64,000 nucleotides of DNA, taken from the NCBI GenBank assembly GCA_963665295.1, contig OY762209.1, positions 3,616,001 to 3,680,000 of the forward strand. The letters run 5' to 3'. The stretch is from Syntrophorhabdaceae bacterium. Lineage in GTDB: Bacteria > Desulfobacterota > Syntrophorhabdia > Syntrophorhabdales > Syntrophorhabdaceae. Every line of letters starts with the position of its first letter. Within the stretch, counting starts at the first letter, position 1. Under the pieces are notes generated by a model. It made no database searches and was not told where the DNA came from. It saw nothing but the letters and a program-made list of their open reading frames with translations. Positions 1 to 8,599 of the stretch are shown one piece after another. The translations under genes and the position numbers were made by a program.

Positions 1-375
1 GGCCAACACGATAACAGGAAGCTCATGGACCCCACAGGCCTCACAAAGGCTGTCGAGCGGTACAATGAGTTTTGTATAAAGGGAAAAGACGAGGACTTTT
101 CACGGGCAGTGAAGACCCTCGGCCCGGTGGCAAAACCTCCCTTTTATGCGCTTCCCCTCTATGCGGGCGGCCCGAACACCAAGGGCGGCATTGCGGCTAA
201 CGCGCGAAGAGAAGTCCTCACGTGGGCCATGAAGCCCATTCCCAGGCTCTATACCGCGGGCGAGATATCCTCGGCCCTGAAATTCGTGTATCAAGGTGGA
301 GGAAACCTCACGGAGTGCCTTGTCTTCGGGAGAATTGCAGGGAGGAATGCGGCGGCCAACACACCGTGGAAGTGA
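1..375 (+). CDS. FAD-binding flavocytochrome c/fumarate reductase-like flavoprotein, C-terminal part (truncated by window start)
   Basis: NTKGGI...PIPRLYTAGE...GGGNLTECLVFGRIAG C-terminal motif; next to a tetraheme cytochrome. Confidence 0.85.
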   Translation, partial: GQHDNRKLMDPTGLTKAVERYNEFCIKGKDEDFSRAVKTLGPVAKPPFYALPLYAGGPNTKGGIAANARREVLTWAMKPIPRLYTAGEISSALKFVYQGGGNLTECLVFGRIAGRNAAANTPWK

Positions 376-405
376 GCCACGCAAAGAGAGGACAAAGGAG
401 CGTGC

Positions 406-822
406 GTGACGTCATTATTGAGGCGATCGGTTCGATGTAGATGGATGGGAATCATTTCCGCCTTTCTTCTCGTGGCGGTTCTCGCGATACCCGTGGGAGT
501 CCTCCGGGGCGGGGAACCGGCAAAGGCGGACCCGAAAATGTCACAGAGCGGCAGGGATGGCTTCCTTGCCGGCCGGCACACTGCGACGGGCATGGACTGT
601 GCGGCCTGCCACAAGGGTTCCCCGGAAAAGAAACCGTCTATGACCGTGTGCCTCGAATGCCACGGGCCTTATGACAAACTTGCGGCGAAAGGGGAAAAAC
701 TGGAGCCCAATCCCCATATGTCACACCTTGGCGAACTTGAGTGCGACAACTGCCACCACGGTCACAAACCCTCGACGGATTACTGCGCCCAATGTCACGC
801 TTTCGGTCTAAAGGTGCCGTAA
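406..822 (+). CDS. Small periplasmic tetraheme cytochrome c
   Basis: Signal peptide; four CxxCH motifs (CAACH, CLECH, CDNCH, CAQCH); AAGGAG before GTG. Confidence 0.9.
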   Translation: MTSLLRRSVRCRWMGIISAFLLVAVLAIPVGVLRGGEPAKADPKMSQSGRDGFLAGRHTATGMDCAACHKGSPEKKPSMTVCLECHGPYDKLAAKGEKLEPNPHMSHLGELECDNCHHGHKPSTDYCAQCHAFGLKVP

Positions 823-927
823 AAGGGGGTGACGAGGCGTGTGACCGGTGAGTGACCAGGGCCGTGTCTCTTGCGGCGGCTGCACGATCGGTTGCATCGC
901 CCCTTCCTGGTGGTATATCTTACTTGT

Positions 928-1188
928 GTGACCAGGATAGACAAGTTGCTGGCGAGGCTTCTGGCGCGCCCCGAAGACTTCTCCTATGATGAATTGAGAC
1001 ACCTTCTGTTCAGGTACGGTTATGAAGAAGTGAGACCGGGGAAGACATCGGGTTCAAGAGTGGGGTTCGTCAACCGGCGGACAAAACATATTATCCACCT
1101 CCACAGACCGCACCCCGGTCCGCACGTGAAGCTCTACCAGATTGAAATGATCATTGATGAACTGAAGGAAATAGGGGTAATCCCATGA
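928..1188 (+). CDS. hicA: HicA family mRNA interferase toxin
   Basis: GKTSGSRVGF...LHRPHP motif; ATGA overlap with HicB; GTG start at 928 inferred. Confidence 0.85.
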   Translation: MTRIDKLLARLLARPEDFSYDELRHLLFRYGYEEVRPGKTSGSRVGFVNRRTKHIIHLHRPHPGPHVKLYQIEMIIDELKEIGVIP

Positions 1189-1409
1189 AAGACATGATGA
1201 GGCATAAAGGATTTGCAGGGTCCGTCCATTTCATCTCAGAGGAAGAGATATTCCATGGAAAGATTGAGGGCATCCCCGACCTCGTTACTTTTGAAGGGTC
1301 CACTATGGAAGACCTCAGACAAGCATTTCACGAGGCCGTCGAAGACTACCTTGCCCTTTGCAGGGAGGTAGGCAAGGAGCCCGGCGAATCGTGCAAGCTC
1401 CCCTTCTGA
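1185..1409 (+). CDS. hicB: HicB family antitoxin (short, no C-terminal DNA-binding domain)
   Basis: HKGFAGSVHF...HGKIEGIPDLVTFEG...AFHEAVEDYL...GKEP. Confidence 0.85.
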   Translation: MKDMMRHKGFAGSVHFISEEEIFHGKIEGIPDLVTFEGSTMEDLRQAFHEAVEDYLALCREVGKEPGESCKLPF

Positions 1410-1468
1410 CCCAGGCATTGAGCGGGCCCGAGAGAGCCATGATGCCCGACCATCCATTTTGACCTTGC

Positions 1469-3163
1469 TCAGAATCCCGACGAATCTGTTCCTGATAACC
1501 ATTTCTTTACCGGCTCCACGGTCCTTTCCAGTATGCCGGAGTCGAAGGGTGATTCCAGTCCCCCTGTTTTGACCAACTCCAGGAAAGGGGCGCTTCCCCC
1601 TGCCTTGCAGAGCCGGAGGTAATCGGACCATGCCGAACCCCGGTCTTCCTGAAACTTCTCCCAATACTGGATGGCGCAGACCTGGGCCAGGGTGTAATCG
1701 ATATAATAAAAGGGCGATTCATAGATGTGCCGTTGACATTGCCAGAACCCACCCTCTTCAAGATAGGCGTTTCCGGAAAAATCACGGTATGGCAGGTATC
1801 TTTTTTCCAGTTCGCGCCACGCGGCAAAGCGCTCAGCGGGCGATAAGCCCGGATTTTCATACACCACATGCTGGAATTCATCCACCAGTGCGCCGTAGGG
1901 GATGAATAGGAGCGCGTCGGAAAGATGCATAAAGCGGTACTTATCGGCCTCGGGGCCGAAGAAGCGGTTCATCCATGGCCAGGTAATGAATTCCATGCTC
2001 ATGGAATGGATCTCGGCGGCTTCCATGGTCGGCCAGACGTATTCCGGGCATTCGAAATCCTTGCTCATGTGTGCCTGAAATGCATGCCCCGCCTCGTGGG
2101 TCAGGACATCCACATCACCGGATGTGCCGTTAAAGTTGGAGAAGATGAAGGGGGCTTTATATTTTGGTATCCAGGAACAGTAACCGCCGCCGGCTTTACC
2201 GGGACGATTTTCGAGGTCCATCAGGCCTTCGTCGAGCATCCGGTCGATGAATTCCCCTGTTTCCTTTGACAGGGCGTGGTACATTTCTCTGCCCTCCCGG
2301 ATAATCTCTTTCGCGCTGCCCTGCGGTGTCGGATTACCGCTTTTAAAACGGAAAGGCAGGTCGTAATAGTAGAGATGGTCCAGGTTCAGCCGGATCCTCT
2401 GGCCCTCCCTCAGCCCGTTGGCAAGCGGCACAATAGTCTTCAGAATAGCGTTGCGGTAGTCCCGGACCATATTCTCGTCATAGTCGAGGCGGGACATCCT
2501 GAGATAGGCGAGGGGAATGAAATTCTTGAAACCCAGCTTAACGGCCATCCGGTTTCTGACGGAAACCAGACTGTCGTAGATCGAATCCAGCCTTTCGCGG
2601 TTCTCCTTAAGAAATCCGAAATAGGCCTCCGAAGCCGAACAACGGGTTTCCCGGTCTGACGATTCGCGGTATGGTCCAAGACCGGACAGATTCAATTTCT
2701 TTCCATGGAAATCAATTTCCGCCGAAGCGAGGAGTTTCATATATTCCGTGCAGAGCCGGTTTTCCTCGGAAAGATCCTCCATAATTTCCGGTCTGAAGGT
2801 TTTCAGCGCCGACTCGGCCAGGGCAAAAAGGTACATTCCGAAGCGTTTCTCCAGATCTCCCCTGAAGCGGGAGGTGGTGAGGGCGCGGTAGTACTCGTTG
2901 ATCAGGGCCTCGTAGCGTGGAGAGTTCTCGTCGAAAAACGACGACTCTCCGTCGTAAAAGGCATCGCCCGTGTCTATGGTCTGCCGTATTCGTGCGAGAC
3001 TCATGGCCGTATCCACGTCCTCGCGGATAAGGTTAATCTCCTTGATGATAGCGGCTTGTTTCCCGCTGCTCTCGGAATTGATAAAGGCATCTATCTTCTC
3101 ACGGAAATCGGACTCCAGTTTATCGAAATCCGGCCTCTCATAAATCATATCGGAAAACCGCAT
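1469..3163 (-). CDS. M3 family oligoendopeptidase (PepF-like)
   Basis: HEAGHAFQ zinc motif, RPGKAGGGYC, EAAEIHSMSME. Confidence 0.93.
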   Translation of the reverse strand: MRFSDMIYERPDFDKLESDFREKIDAFINSESSGKQAAIIKEINLIREDVDTAMSLARIRQTIDTGDAFYDGESSFFDENSPRYEALINEYYRALTTSRFRGDLEKRFGMYLFALAESALKTFRPEIMEDLSEENRLCTEYMKLLASAEIDFHGKKLNLSGLGPYRESSDRETRCSASEAYFGFLKENRERLDSIYDSLVSVRNRMAVKLGFKNFIPLAYLRMSRLDYDENMVRDYRNAILKTIVPLANGLREGQRIRLNLDHLYYYDLPFRFKSGNPTPQGSAKEIIREGREMYHALSKETGEFIDRMLDEGLMDLENRPGKAGGGYCSWIPKYKAPFIFSNFNGTSGDVDVLTHEAGHAFQAHMSKDFECPEYVWPTMEAAEIHSMSMEFITWPWMNRFFGPEADKYRFMHLSDALLFIPYGALVDEFQHVVYENPGLSPAERFAAWRELEKRYLPYRDFSGNAYLEEGGFWQCQRHIYESPFYYIDYTLAQVCAIQYWEKFQEDRGSAWSDYLRLCKAGGSAPFLELVKTGGLESPFDSGILERTVEPVKKWLSGTDSSGF

Positions 3164-3188
3164 AATCCCTCCTTATGGTTCAGCGACA

Positions 3189-3217
3189 AGTATAATGCGT
3201 AAGCGGGATGCTTTCAA
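3189..3217 (-). promoter_or_regulatory. Sigma70-type promoter of the M3 peptidase gene
   Basis: TTGAAA-17 bp-TATACT on the minus strand. Confidence 0.6.
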
Positions 3218-3355
3218 CTGAAACCGCGCCGACAACCGAAGGTTGTTCCATCGGTCGATAGGGGATTTAGTTGGTCATAAACACTTTTCAAGGGCCAGCA
3301 ATATCATTAACGAGAGAGGATTCTGAATCGAAAGCTTCGTGAAGAAGATCCATCT

Positions 3356-3988
3356 GTGCTCAGCAGTTCATGGATTGCGAAACACGTTCCTGCTGCCTGT
3401 CGTTTCATCTCTAACAACATCAGGACCGAGCTTAATCTTATCGACTGGGATAGAGTGACCATTACTCTCAGCCGTAAGTATCAAAAACGTTGGAGGCTGC
3501 ACGGATATAGGAGTCGTAAAACATATGAAGACGAGGCGGAACTCGATAAAGTTCTCAGTGTGTATCGTGATAAGCTCTATGTTTTTATCGCAATGTCAAA
3601 TAAGAAAGAGGAGGGATTGCGACACCAAATAGCCATCGCCCTCGTGCGGGTTTCGCAGAAAGGGAACGTATTGGCCACCCAGCGGCTTGTCGGCCTTCTC
3701 AGATACATCGTCGACGAATGGATTGACCAGCACTTTTTCCTCCGTCGCTGGCGGGGTGCCGAGAGCGAGATCGATGGAGTGATCGAAGGATGCATTCTCA
3801 GGTATCGATACACCGGCACCTTCTTTGGCTATCTTTTCAAAACCTTTGAATATAAGGCGTGTCGATTGAATGCGTTCCTTTCGCTGGACGACTATCTGCC
3901 TCGGACTGACAGGCGAATAGTCGATATTGTGGGACAGGGTTCTGCTAGCGGCGAGGAAATCAGGATGTACAATTCTCGACAAGTATGA
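3356..3988 (+). CDS. Hypothetical protein, C-terminal half resembles sigma-70 region 1.2/2; 5' end possibly eroded
   Basis: ALVRVSQKGN...F.GYLFKT...LSLDD pattern; reading frame open a few codons upstream of GTG. Confidence 0.5.
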   Translation: MLSSSWIAKHVPAACRFISNNIRTELNLIDWDRVTITLSRKYQKRWRLHGYRSRKTYEDEAELDKVLSVYRDKLYVFIAMSNKKEEGLRHQIAIALVRVSQKGNVLATQRLVGLLRYIVDEWIDQHFFLRRWRGAESEIDGVIEGCILRYRYTGTFFGYLFKTFEYKACRLNAFLSLDDYLPRTDRRIVDIVGQGSASGEEIRMYNSRQV

Positions 3989-3996
3989 AGCAAATG

Positions 3997-4281
3997 CTAT
4001 TTGACCAGTTTGCGATGACGGACAAAAGCGCGCTTTTAGGGGGGCATGGAGGGAATGTTGATAGCGGCGCTTGGCCGAAGGGTTCCTTGATCAACGGGCG
4101 ATAGTCTGAGAACTTCTTCTGTCTATTCGATTGCTTTTTGGCCTGCCTGCCGAACGGCGGCGATGACGAAGTCAGTTATAGACCAATTTTGTAGCTCGAC
4201 CGCACGCTTGAGGACGGCTTGTAGCTCCTTGCTGATGCGCACCACTGAAAGATGCAAGGTCGGAGTAGTGGCTGAGCGCAT
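3997..4281 (-). pseudogene. DUF1778/TacA-like RHH antitoxin pseudogene
   Basis: Manual translation MRSATT...VRISKELQAVLKRAVELQNWSITDFVIAAVRQAGQKAIE*TEEVLRLSPVDQ...*KRAFVRHRKLVK; stops at 4123-4125 and 4036-4038. Confidence 0.75.
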
Positions 4282-4337
4282 GATACATTACTCAACAGTC
4301 CCCGAAGCTATTTTGGAAAAGCAAGCCTGCGCCCGCG

Positions 4338-5279
4338 TTACCTGATGTCCTGAGCGCATTTATCTATTTGCGAAACTAGTGCCATGGCCAAATCCTTAAG
4401 CGTCTTGAATTGAATTAGTGCAGGAGTATTGCCCACATATCTGAGGTGCGCCAGAAACAACGAAGATATGTATATCCAAAAAACATCGTCGTTGTTGATT
4501 GTTAACTTGTCTACCATAGACTCTATGCGTCTGGCTATACTTGGGTGAGACTCTGTCCCGGACCAGCCATCCTTACGTGTGATTACCAGCATAAAGAAGA
4601 ACGCGATTCCGATACCGAATGCCCTCTTTGTAGTAAGCCTGTCTATACTGTATCCGCTTGCCCTTGCGTAATCATCCAGTTTGTCGAGCATCAGGCTCTG
4701 CGCAAATGAATCACACTCGATTTCCTCTTCATGGGCATTGGCTGGCGTGTTACTGTCTGTTCGGAGCATGATGTGTTTCACCTCATGAAGAAAGACATAG
4801 GCACCAGCCATACATATTAAGTCGAATACCACAGAACCCTCTGGATCCGACGGCTTTTGATTCACAGGGTTTGGTACTGCCGCAGGCCACAGGAATAGAG
4901 CAGGGTCATCTACGCGGGACAGTTCATAAACCGAGTTTATCAAATCTCTATACTTGGATTCCCCCTCCGCTTGTCCCGGAATTCCGGAAACCGTGTACGC
5001 ATCGAGCTTACCCGTCCGCAACCTCAACCTGGCAAGTGTTGCTGACCACAAATTCAATGCTTGGTTTGCCGCGAAACCAAGCATCCACATCAGATGCATC
5101 GTTCTTTGCGTGAATTTCACTATGCCAAACGGACCAGCCTCTATGGAGAATCCCGGGCGGTCATCACAACGCAAAAAACAGGCACCAAATTCTGCAATAT
5201 ATTCATTTAGAATTTCCTGATTTTCCGGTACGACCCCATCAAAGAGCATTTTTATCTCATGTTCGGAGTCTACTCCCAC
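4338..5279 (-). CDS. lit: Lit-like phage exclusion peptidase (peptidase U49)
   Basis: PGFSIE, WPAAVPNP, AYVFLHEVKH (HExxH), EEEIECDSFA, KRAFGIGIA, SHPSIARRI, collinear with E. coli e14 Lit motifs as recalled. Confidence 0.82.
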   Translation of the reverse strand: MGVDSEHEIKMLFDGVVPENQEILNEYIAEFGACFLRCDDRPGFSIEAGPFGIVKFTQRTMHLMWMLGFAANQALNLWSATLARLRLRTGKLDAYTVSGIPGQAEGESKYRDLINSVYELSRVDDPALFLWPAAVPNPVNQKPSDPEGSVVFDLICMAGAYVFLHEVKHIMLRTDSNTPANAHEEEIECDSFAQSLMLDKLDDYARASGYSIDRLTTKRAFGIGIAFFFMLVITRKDGWSGTESHPSIARRIESMVDKLTINNDDVFWIYISSLFLAHLRYVGNTPALIQFKTLKDLAMALVSQIDKCAQDIR

Positions 5280-5701
5280 CTTTCCTCCTTATGGCAGCGT
5301 GTCTCGGGCTTCTTAGAGCTTCGGGAATTCTTCCATTTTGAGGGACGGGTCCTGTCTTGCAAGGACGAGGTCCTGGTACTGGCTACGAGGATGGCTTTCT
5401 GGGAACAGAATCCTCGGAGATCAGTTGCTCGGGGTAATAAGAGCAAAGACCCGTTTGCCGACCCTGGTGGCTTCCACCTTTATATTCACGTCGGGCAAAA
5501 TCCCCTGGCTATGTTTCCACCAATTAAGATTTTCGGTATTCTCATGTACCTCGAGGCCATAGGAAGCTTCCCAATACGCATCGGTGATCACCGATTTTTC
5601 CGGAACCTCCATATTTTGGTATATCCCCTCCGTGCCAATATAAGTGAGACACTTCCCACCCAATAGTTTAGACTCTTGGGGGCGGGAAGGAAAGAACGAT
5701 C

Positions 5702-6100
5702 GTGGAAGAAAAGAAATCAGTCATGGCATCACCAAGGGTAGTCCCCGATCCGGAAGTACCGGAAAAGGCAGTTCGCCGGAAATTCACCGCGGCGTACAAG
5801 CTCCGTATCCTCAAGGAGGTGGAGAACTGTACCGGGAAGGGTGAGATAGGGGCGCTTCTGCGCAGAGAGGGACTTTATTCATCGAGCCTCACCTCATGGC
5901 GGCGTCAGGTTCACCAGGGCCTCATCCCGAAAAAGAGAGGACCCGTCACACAAAAGCCTGATCCCCTTATCCGTCGCACCATCGAACTGGAAAAGGAGAA
6001 CACGAGGCTCACCCATAAACTGAAACAGGCGGAGCTCATTATCGAGGTCCAAAAAAAAGTGGCCGAGCTGCTCAAGGGGTCGAGCGAGGAGAAGTCATGA
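5702..6100 (+). CDS. IS3-family transposase OrfA (HTH)
   Basis: RRKFTAAYKLRIL...GALLRREGLYSS; A8G slippery run at 6051-6059 with the -1 frame open into OrfB. Confidence 0.88.
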   Translation: MEEKKSVMASPRVVPDPEVPEKAVRRKFTAAYKLRILKEVENCTGKGEIGALLRREGLYSSSLTSWRRQVHQGLIPKKRGPVTQKPDPLIRRTIELEKENTRLTHKLKQAELIIEVQKKVAELLKGSSEEKS

Positions 6101-7095
6101 ACATCACGCAATCGCTTGCCCATGAAGTGGGTATCCGCCCTGCCTGCAACGCCCTCGACGTATCCCGTGCGGGCTTTTACCGGTGGCAGCATCCGAAAGA
6201 GAAGGAACCTTTGAACCGTCTCTCTCCCTTGGCCCTCTCCTTCGGGGAACGGAACGATGTACTTGATATCCTTCATTCGGACCGCTTCATCGATAAAGCA
6301 CCCCGGGAAATCTACGCGGCCCTCCTGGACGAGAAGAGCTATCTCTGTTCAGTGCGCACCATGTACCGGATCCTTGAAGAAGAAGGTGAGCTGAAAGAAA
6401 GGAGGAGGCAGGTCTCCCGTCCCCGGTACGCAAAACCGGAGATCCTCGCGAAGGCGCCCAACGAGGCGTGGAGCTGGGATATCACGAAGCTCAAGGGTTC
6501 CGTAAAATGGACCTACTACTACCTCTATGTGATCCTCGACATCTACAGCCGCTATGTGGTGGGGTGGATGGTGGCCCACAGGGAACTTGCCGCCCTTGCT
6601 CGCAAACTGATCGCGGAGACCTGCGAGAAGCAAATGATAGAGCCCGGTAAGCTCCTGATCCATGCGGACAGGGGGTCGAGTATGACGTCGAAACCCGTCG
6701 CCCTGCTCATGGCCGATCTCGGGGTCACCAAGAGCCATTCGAGGCCTTCGGTCAGTAATGACAACCCCTATTCCGAATCTCAGTTCAAGACCATGAAGTA
6801 CCGGCCCGAGTTCCCTCAAAGGTTCGGCTCCATTGAGGATGCCCGGGCCTTTTGCCAGACATTCTTCCCCTGGTACAATACCGAGCATTACCATTCGGGG
6901 ATAGGTCTTCTCACCCCCGAGGACGTCCATTATGGAAGAGCGTTGAGGATCATTGAAGGTCGTACGGACGTACTGCGGGCTGCGTATGAAAAACATCCGG
7001 AACGGTTCAAGGGGAGGATGCCGAAACCGGCGTCACTGCCTGACGCCGTCTGGATCAATAAGCCATTATCAACGAGCGATGGCGGGGTACACTAA
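6097..7095 (+). CDS. IS3-family transposase OrfB (rve/DDE integrase core)
   Basis: WSWDIT, IHADRGSSM, SNDNPYSESQFKT. Confidence 0.92.
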   Translation: MNITQSLAHEVGIRPACNALDVSRAGFYRWQHPKEKEPLNRLSPLALSFGERNDVLDILHSDRFIDKAPREIYAALLDEKSYLCSVRTMYRILEEEGELKERRRQVSRPRYAKPEILAKAPNEAWSWDITKLKGSVKWTYYYLYVILDIYSRYVVGWMVAHRELAALARKLIAETCEKQMIEPGKLLIHADRGSSMTSKPVALLMADLGVTKSHSRPSVSNDNPYSESQFKTMKYRPEFPQRFGSIEDARAFCQTFFPWYNTEHYHSGIGLLTPEDVHYGRALRIIEGRTDVLRAAYEKHPERFKGRMPKPASLPDAVWINKPLSTSDGGVH

Positions 7096-7981
7096 ATATC
7101 TGATGGAAGTGTCTCATTTTCATTGACACGTTCCGATCTGCAATCCGGATTGTCTAGCTGTCTCATTACTTGCTACTTGTACGGCCCTTAATTTTGGTTC
7201 GAACGGAATGCCTTCTTCAACGGAGAAGAGTTCCATTTGCTTCAGTTGGGACACCCGCCTTTCCTCCTCTTTCTTCAGGCCATAGTCGGCAATCACCAGT
7301 AGCTGGGGAAAAGGAGCTCTGGAAATGGCTCCTCGGATGGTTGCCTCACGGCTGGCGCTGGGACAAACTGTCTTTCTGAGCTCTTCGATAATGTCGAACG
7401 TCAGCCTTTTCGTTGATTTGGTCCTCGCCAGGAGTTCAGGTAAAAAGAGGGGTGTATAAAACGCAAAATCCCCCGCGATCCTATCAGCAAGCTTCTCTTC
7501 AGGTGCTTTCAAATCTTTCGGAGTTCTCCGAAAAAGTGCAGGCTGGCGGGATTCCGTCAGCACATGAGCCACCTCATGCCATTTTGAAAAATAAGCCCTA
7601 GTTTTTTTGAGCCCTCTACAGTCAATCACGGCTACATACTTCCACATTCTTGTGTTCTTTAGCCTTATCAGCACTGCGTCCGTCATCTTATCCAATTGTC
7701 CGGCTAGGTCCGCAAAAATGAGTTCGCCTTGAGAAGTATAGACTCTGGCCAAGTTGGAGATGTCTTGATCGTCATTGACCTCCTCAAAGCGGATGCCTAG
7801 CGCTGAACTTACAATCTCCAACAGGTTGTCGAGATCCTTGAGTTGGGTGAAAGGGGCTATTATCTTTTCGACTTTTCGGACACAGAATTCACGTATGGCC
7901 TTCTCGGGGTCTCTCAGTCTCTTCAGCCCTAAATCCTTAGCCATCCTAAGGACAACCTCAGAATCCTTTAATGCCTTCATT

Positions 7982-8392
7982 TTACTCCAGATAGTCTTTT
8001 AAACGGTCGTACAAGTCCCTCCAGCCTTCCTTCGTCATTTCCGTCTTCTCATTGGAGCTTCTCTTGGCAACAAGAGATCCGTGCGTGGTGAGGAGTGTCA
8101 CCGTGGACTTATACGAGAGTCCGAGCTCCTCGGCTAGTTCGGAAAGCTCCGAGGGTATTTCTGTAGGCCCACGTTTTTTGTCGTTCTGAATTGTCTCACC
8201 CTTCATTAAGTAATCCAACGAGGTGTTTAGAGTGTTGGCGATCTTCAAAAGATACTCTCCGCTAATGCTTGCCTTGTCATTCTCAATCTCACTCAAGAAA
8301 CTCTTGCTTATCCCAGCCTCGTGGGCAAGTCTATCCTGGGTCCATCCCAACGACTGCCTCAATATTTTGATCCTCTCTCCTGGTCTTGGCAT
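7982..8392 (-). CDS. XRE-family HTH repressor (CapH/ImmR-like)
   Basis: GERIKILRQSLGWTQDRLAHEAGISKSFLSEIEND; 1 nt upstream of the HExxH protease gene. Confidence 0.88.
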   Translation of the reverse strand: MPRPGERIKILRQSLGWTQDRLAHEAGISKSFLSEIENDKASISGEYLLKIANTLNTSLDYLMKGETIQNDKKRGPTEIPSELSELAEELGLSYKSTVTLLTTHGSLVAKRSSNEKTEMTKEGWRDLYDRLKDYLE

Positions 8393-8468
8393 TCCGTCAC
8401 CTGCCTCCTTTTCTCAGTTAACCAAAAACGGGATACAGGTTTTCCCATCTCCATAGATGATATTCCTC

Positions 8469-8497
8469 TTGACATCGTCTTTAGCGAACAATATAAT
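8469..8497 (+). promoter_or_regulatory. Perfect consensus sigma70 promoter for the MBL/E2-E1-JAB operon
   Basis: TTGACA (8469-8474)-17 bp-TATAAT (8492-8497). Confidence 0.85.
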
Positions 8498-8555
8498 ATA
8501 TAGCGAACATATACTCTGATAGCTTCGCTATAGAATATCATATGGCACAGCGAGA
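8482..8555. promoter_or_regulatory. Repeated operator half-sites TAGCGAA
   Basis: TAGCGAACA at 8482 and 8501, inverted TTCGCTA at 8524, degenerate CAGCGAGA at 8548. Confidence 0.65.
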
Positions 8556-8565
8556 AGCCTGTCAA
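8537..8565 (-). promoter_or_regulatory. Sigma70 promoter for the HTH/protease operon
   Basis: TTGACA-17 bp-TATGAT on the minus strand. Confidence 0.75.
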
Positions 8566-8599
8566 GTAAATTTGGGTTCATTGTAAGGAGGAGTTGAAA

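Larger units (their letters stand above)
5626..7135 (+). mobile_element. IS3-family insertion sequence with 3-bp ATC target duplication
   Basis: ATC at 5623-5625 and 7136-7138; imperfect IRs TGCCAATATAAGTGAGACACTTCC (5633-5656) / GGAAGTGTCTCATTTTCATTGACA (7105-7128); orfA + DDE orfB. Confidence 0.88.
5421..7980 (-). pseudogene. IrrE/ImmA/CapP-like zinc metallopeptidase interrupted by an IS3-family element
   Basis: 5' part 7980-7136 has HEVAH and EEKLAD; 3' part 5622-5421 continues in frame (GLQI|YQNMEVPEKS) after removing the IS and one ATC; 1047 bp = 348 aa. Confidence 0.85.
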
